From NCBI RefSeq assembly GCF_011386835.1, contig NC_088801.1:63116001-63180000 (forward strand): a stretch of 64,000 bases of DNA, written 5' to 3'. The notes under the pieces were generated by a model. The model was not told the origin of the DNA. It searched no databases and saw only the letters and a list, made by a program, of their open reading frames with translations. This document shows positions 58,236 through 64,000 of this stretch, piece by piece. The stretch's first letter is position 1, and each line of letters opens with the position of its first letter. The DNA is from Chrysemys picta bellii. Lineage: Eukaryota. Made by a program: the position numbers and the translations under genes.

Positions 58236-61106
58236 GCTAAAGCACACGTTGTGGTGGGCGGGGAAGCACAGTGAAAGAGAACATTTCCTGATAGAAGAGG
58301 ACACAAACACCCTGGACTTTACGTTGCCGTTCAAGCTCCCTGCAGTAGGCAAAAGGATTGCAAACCTGCGTCTGCACAGGCCACATGCATCTGAAATGTA
58401 AAATCTGCATCTTGCCTGCACTTCAGTTCCTGACCTGAGAGATTACAGATATAGCTGGCAGATGCAAGCTATTGTAGGGATCAGAGTTGGAACATATTAC
58501 TCAGAAGATTGAGAATGGGGTGATTTATTAGCTCAGCCACAGAAAAGAGGACAGCATCCAATACAGATTTTTGTACACTGTCCCACATATCAGAGCACTG
58601 AAACCTGGTGCTGGCCAGTTTATGATGGAACACTTTGGAGAGAAATAAGTGAGCTCTGCAAGTATTACACAACTTGTACAGTGGCTAATGTAAGTTTGAA
58701 TCTGTAGAGCAGATGTGTGTGATTTGCATCAGTGTCTAGTGTGATAGTGCAAGAGACGTAGAAAGCTTTGAAATAAGCACCCTGGTCCTGGAAAATCTAA
58801 GTCAATTCATATCCACAATGTTCAGTACTGCTGCAGTGGTCTGAAGCAGACCTTGTAAGAATCAGAGTGAAGAACTTGTCCTGTTATGCACTTTACAAGT
58901 TCCGTTCTTACAGGCTTCTGTAAACAATATTTGTGTGTGTTGTAGCCAGGTATGACCATTACATTGTCCTTTTATTTGTACTGAACTTTTATGCAGCTAA
59001 GTTCATTGCAGTAAGTGCAATTTGCCCTGCCTGTCATAAATTAGTTTTCAGCAGCCTCACACAGAAATGGAGCAGTCGAACACTGAAAACAATAGGAACG
59101 TGAACCAGACATTCCCAAAGCCCCAGAAGCAAACTAATTAAACTACAGATCTCTCTTATCCCTTTCAAGAGAGACTTCTGTGCAAGAAGCACTGCCTTGT
59201 CTTGCATGATTCATCATGCTGCCTTAATGGTAGCTTCTTTTTTAATGATACTAACGTCCTTTGAAGATAAATTCCAGTCATTTCATTTCATTCCCACAAA
59301 ACTTTAACTATCACATTCCTTCAAAGTAAAAAGTCTTGCCAGCACAATATTTTTCTTACGTTCTTAAGATAAGATTCCACATCCAGACCTCAGTGACATT
59401 TCATACATATAAACCAGATTTGAAAACTCTTCTAAACAACATTTGCTTCTGCAGCATTGAAATGAATGTTCAGTTGTCTTGGTGCTCTGTGTGGAAACGG
59501 AATTAGTAGGTGTTTTTGGTATGATGTGCAGGGATCTGTGGATCGCCACAACTTGAAAATAAGCACTTCTTTCATTTTTATTCATTTTACTTATTTTTTT
59601 TGGTAGACGTGCCAAGAGTTTACTTATTTTAGCTTCAATACAATAAAGGCCAGTAAAATGAGGGTATTGTATGTATGTTAGAGGCAAGTTCCATTGTCCT
59701 TGGGACTTACCTTGTAGGACATAGGCAACAGGCAAAATTAAACGTGACGTCTGAGACGGCACAAGTCTTCAGGGCCATTATCTGCTATGATGGGTTGTCA
59801 CTAATACTAGCTTCAATGCAGTAACTGAGTCTTAACTATGCATTTCCCTCTACCCAACATTTCTCTTTCTAGGGTTATGGTAATTCATATACCCAAGCAT
59901 GGGGGTTAGAGAGGGTGGATAGGGCAATTAAAAAATTTCAGCAGTGGTGACCTGATCCAGGTTGTTCATATAAAAATGCAGCTTGGTGTTGAGCTGCTGT
60001 TAAGTGACGCTGCTGTAGCATTCATGTCCTGTCAAGCAAAAAACTCCATTCGATTCTTACATTTGGTTGATCCTACTATAGAAAGAGGAAGGAGAGGAGT
60101 CTAACTTGGGTTTAAGCTGGAGAAGTCCCATTCGCTTTGTACAGCGTGATTGTTAGTGTTTCTGAATCCGTTAATCATCAACTAGTTTGCGGTTGCAGTG
60201 CACGCCAAGGATGGCTGAAGGTGACAATACTGCATGTCTCCCTACAGCAGAATCCCATAAATCCAGTGAGTCAAGCACTGATGCCTGAGGTGCAGCTGTT
60301 GCATGTTTATGCATTTTTTTTACCTCTAATGTTCTAACTTACATCAGAGTCATGCTGACCCGGATATATCTGGCTTTCAGTGGGGTTGTGCTTTTTGCCC
60401 AGTTTGACAATTAAGTTGGCTTTGTACAAGGTCAAGTGACTTACCCAGTATCATGGAATTACTGCTTTTAACTAAGAATGCAACTCAACCATGTATTCAT
60501 TCCTATTGTATGTAGATTTTTCTAGCTCTAGGAGGAAGCATCACTACACATCTTCCCCAAAAGAAAGAGCCCATGTTACGGACTTATATGGCTGCCCGAG
60601 GTCTATATTACAAGTTTTCACCTTTTATTTCACTCTTCTCCAGCTTCCCCAGAAAAGCTAATTTATACACTCTTCTCTAACCCACGCTGACAGCTCAATT
60701 GACACACTGTCAAGTGGATTTTATCAGCTGTGTGTTAGGAGTAACAGACCAAATCTGAACATGGGTAACATTCAGGTTTCTGCTCTCTGCTATAGTCCTT
60801 CCACTCCATAACATCCTCATTTTGATACAAAGAATAGTTACTCTGTAGAGTGATGTATGGTTTTTTCCCTTTGCTGCTACTTAAGCTGATGGTTATTAGT
60901 AACTCTGCTAACCATGGTTCTGATGTAACATAGTCAGTACTCCCCATCATTGGGATCAACAGACAGACTTTCAGCACTGCATGAAAAGAGACCGATGTAG
61001 ACCTGCCTTTTTTTTTTTTTTTTTTTTTTTTTATTATTAAGTGTGTCCTTTGGCCAGCTGATTTGCAGTACTACTACTTGAAACCTGAAAATGTCCCTTG
61101 AATTCA

Positions 61107-61193
61107 GGGCCAGATCCTCTGCGGCTACAAACTGGCATAGTTCTTCCGAGGTCAATGGAGTTATGCCAATTGACATCAGCTCAGGATCTCTCC
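61107..61193. mobile_element. Short palindromic MITE-like relic in the probable 3' UTR
   Basis: GGGCCAGATCCT...GGCATAG / TTATGCC...AGGATCT inverted arms. Confidence 0.55.
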
Positions 61194-62231
61194 TGTGATG
61201 GTGGTGGTTGCACTCAGGCAGTAAATTACTTGTCCTGGTCTGACTGAGGCTGATAACAAACAGTGTTGGCCTGGAAAATAAAGGGGCACCGATATTCACT
61301 GTGATCTGGAAGGTTTTGCAGATTTGAAGTACTTGATGATCTTATTCAACTGGGGCAAAGCTCAAGAGACAACACTTACTGAAAGGCGCCGCAGCACATA
61401 TATATTGTGCAAAAGGAAGGACGTGTCAGCGACAGTAATGGAATTGGCAGCTCCTTACGGGTGTTCTCCATTAGGATAAGAACTATCCTAGCATTTCACC
61501 TGCTACAAAACTGAGTTCCTCCAAAAGAAAGCAACAAGCAGTATTTTTGCGCACAAAAGACAGCGTTTCACATCTGGAAACTCCTGTCAGGGCTAAAACG
61601 AGGCCGGTGAGATGCTGGTGTCTGACTGTAGCTGAGCTAGATCAGGATCCCTGAAGTATTAATGCAGGGGACTATAACTCGCAGTATTATGGCTCTGGTT
61701 AGTGCAATGTTTTCTCTTAATTTTGTAACACGGGTGTATGTACATAGAGTAAATAATCAACTACAATTGCAATCATGAAGCAGCACTTTATCAGATGCTG
61801 CATTAGCTGTTGTATAAATCTAGGAGTTTAGGCAAATGTGTTAATCTTGTCTAATTCAAGAAGTGACAACTCATTTTTGTGTTACAGTATCTGTATAGCA
61901 CAACTTCTTTTAATTGCTTGGGACTTGAATTCTGCCACCCTTATTCACACGCAGTATCACCTTGCTATATAAGTAGCCCCATATGAGACCAGTGGAGCTA
62001 CGTGCATAGTAAGATGCTCCTCAGTGTGTCTAAAAGCATGGCAGAATGAGACCCTTAGTTACCAGAGATGAGATGAGCCACATTCAGAAGCACTCAATGT
62101 ACCATAATATGTATATATTTCTATTGTACCTTGGTTCCAGCTGTGTTTTATATGACTCTGACATGTTAAACTATTTAAAAGTAACTGCCTTGACTACTTG
62201 GAAAACTGAATTGTATGTAGATAGCAGTCCC

Positions 62232-62237
62232 AATAAA
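62232..62237 (+). terminator. Candidate distal polyadenylation signal AATAAA (alternatives at 59642-59647 and 62310-62315)
   Basis: Canonical hexamer followed about 20-45 nt later by ctctttacattctttacgtgtgttt. Confidence 0.45.
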
Positions 62238-62419
62238 GTAATTAAAATATACTTGCTACTCTTTACATTCTTTACGTGTGTTTGACAAGAATCTCATCAA
62301 ATTATAGCCAATAAACGTTGCGTGTCTACAGAGGCATTGGCATGATTTAGGCAGGATGGCTGAAAAACTTTTTTCCCCCCACCCCTCCCAGCCAATAATT
62401 GGGTTAGTCCCTAAACCCA

Positions 62420-62625
62420 GGGTATGTCTGCACTGCAGTTGGGAGGTGTAAATGCAACATAGGGGCCCGCCCAGGACCCCAGGTACCTACTTGAGTGGCT
62501 GCCATACGTGCTATCCAGGCTTCCCTGCTCTTGAACTAGATTTGATCCAAAGCTAGATCAAAGCTAGCTGGGGTCTGTCTACACCTGCTGTAATCACACC
62601 TCCCAGCTGCAGTGTTGACATACCT
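62420..62625. mobile_element. Harbinger-type MITE related to the 30795 copy
   Basis: GGGTATGTCTGCACTGCAGTTGGGAGGTG ... CACCTCCCAGCTGCAGTGTTGACATACC. Confidence 0.75.
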
Positions 62626-64000
62626 TAAGAGGTAAAAAGTTTTCATGGTCCCTCTTGGCGAAAGGAGAGGAAAATAATGAGAGCAGGCTGCTTGCTCAAT
62701 GAGTTTATTTTGAGTGAGCACAGTAGTTTAACATCTAAATTAGAGCAAGGTTGTGTATGGCCCTTTCACATGTGAGCACTCACTTAAGCACTCCCATTGG
62801 AGTGAATGGGTTTGATAATCTGGCCCTTAATGTGCTACCATATTGGACACTAGATTTAAGAACGAACTAGACTCCCCCGATTTTGGACAGGTGATGCTGT
62901 CAGTAGGCAGAATCCACCTCAGGAGAGTGAGCGTTGTATGCTGTCATGACACGCTTGAGTTGGCAAAAGTCATCTCTTGGTATCATGGCTAGTATTATGC
63001 AAGACTGTATCAGTCTAAGTAGTTTGAATCCTCTCTGGAGACTGTCTTGCTCTTGCCAGGAGATGGACTTGGTGGATTTAGGGAGTCTCACCACCACAAG
63101 GAATCCCATGGTAGCTGTAGTATTGCAGGTGGGATGGGAAAAGGGTAAATGATGTAGGAAGGAACCTGTGAATAATAGTCCTTGCATACCAACTCAGTCT
63201 CTGTATCGAAAATAAAATAGTTCACCTTGGTAAAACGTGTGGGTGGGAATGAGTGAAACATGCTTAGATTTGGGTCACCAGAGCACTCTCACTAGAGCTA
63301 TTGTCTTTATGTGCATTTTTACATAGCGTAGAAGAGGGTCCTTTAAACACCTTAGCCTGATGGTGTCAACAGATCTCTCCTACTTTGAAGTGAATGTACA
63401 TATCTTGCCTGCCCGTATGGAAGTTTTGCTTTTAGTGCATGTGCTGTGCTGGGTGATGCATCCGTTTCCCATCCTGCTTTAAGATAGTTACTCCTATGGA
63501 GGGAGCTGCCATCTTTAAAGACTTGATGAGCAAAAGCATGGAATAATCCCTTACCTGGGTTTGAGGCCTTGGGGCTGCTCTGACTGATGTAGTTGGTATT
63601 TTCCAGAGCTCCTTGACATAGGACCTCAGGCCTGTTGCCCCAGGTGATTTCTGAGAGGAAACAACACATTTCCAACCTCCTGTTTAAGGACCGATTTCCC
63701 CCCATCGCATCTCCTAATTGATGACTCATCATGTCATGCAGCACTTTGTGACCGCCTCTCTTCCACCAGGAGGTCTGACATCTGGTCCATGTGCAGGATA
63801 CAGACCATCCAGGTCCCAGCTCCTTAACACCCTCTTCATTTCAGATTGGGCTCTTGAGGGGAAACCCTCAATACAGCTACCTATTAGGAATGCCGTGTGT
63901 CTGAACAACCTTCATCTATTTAACCAGGTCAAGAGATTTACTTTTCAATAATCTAACCTTAGAGGACTGGCTATAGGGATCCCTTTAATCTCTTCCAAAG

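Larger units (their letters stand above)
58236..62315 (+). other. PIKFYVE: Probable PIKFYVE 3' UTR (true end not determined)
   Basis: AT/U-rich sequence after the stop, with AATAAA at 59642, 62232 and 62310. The 62232 signal is followed by U/GU-rich sequence. Confidence 0.55.

Noticed and set aside
62900-63951. ORFs downstream of PIKFYVE as exons of a neighbouring gene
   Set aside because: No recognisable protein similarity or convincing splice-site pairs; possibly an old repeat relic.

Overview
Eukaryotic, intron-rich vertebrate DNA. The repeat content (tRNA-derived SINE with a CR1 tail, CR1 LINEs, hAT/Harbinger/Tigger MITEs, hammerhead-bearing Penelope-type repeats) suggests a turtle, by inference. 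The + strand carries the last 30 coding exons of PIKFYVE (PI3P 5-kinase, Fab1 orthologue) from 5000 to the stop at 58235, plus a probable 3' UTR. I traced all 30 exons by hand. Every intron is GT-AG, and the exons total 4706 nt and stay in frame. Two intronic passengers stand out. (1) A young, apparently complete 6.27-kb DIRS-type tyrosine-recombinase retrotransposon (45560-51833) lies inside the kinase-domain region. It has inverted terminal repeats, a perfect internal complementary region and a 4-bp TTCT crossover core. One TTT-TGA at the end of Gag sits at the junction of three frames: stop gives Gag, +1 gives Pol (RT/RNase H/Dam-like MTase), and read-through gives the recombinase ORF. (2) A 172-bp insertion with a 12-bp TSD (53780-53951) contains a sense-oriented minimal hammerhead ribozyme core inside inverted arms. 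There is no CRISPR, rRNA or intact tRNA gene. All coordinates and counts were made by hand and may be off by a few bases. The species, repeat family names and all activity claims are unverified.
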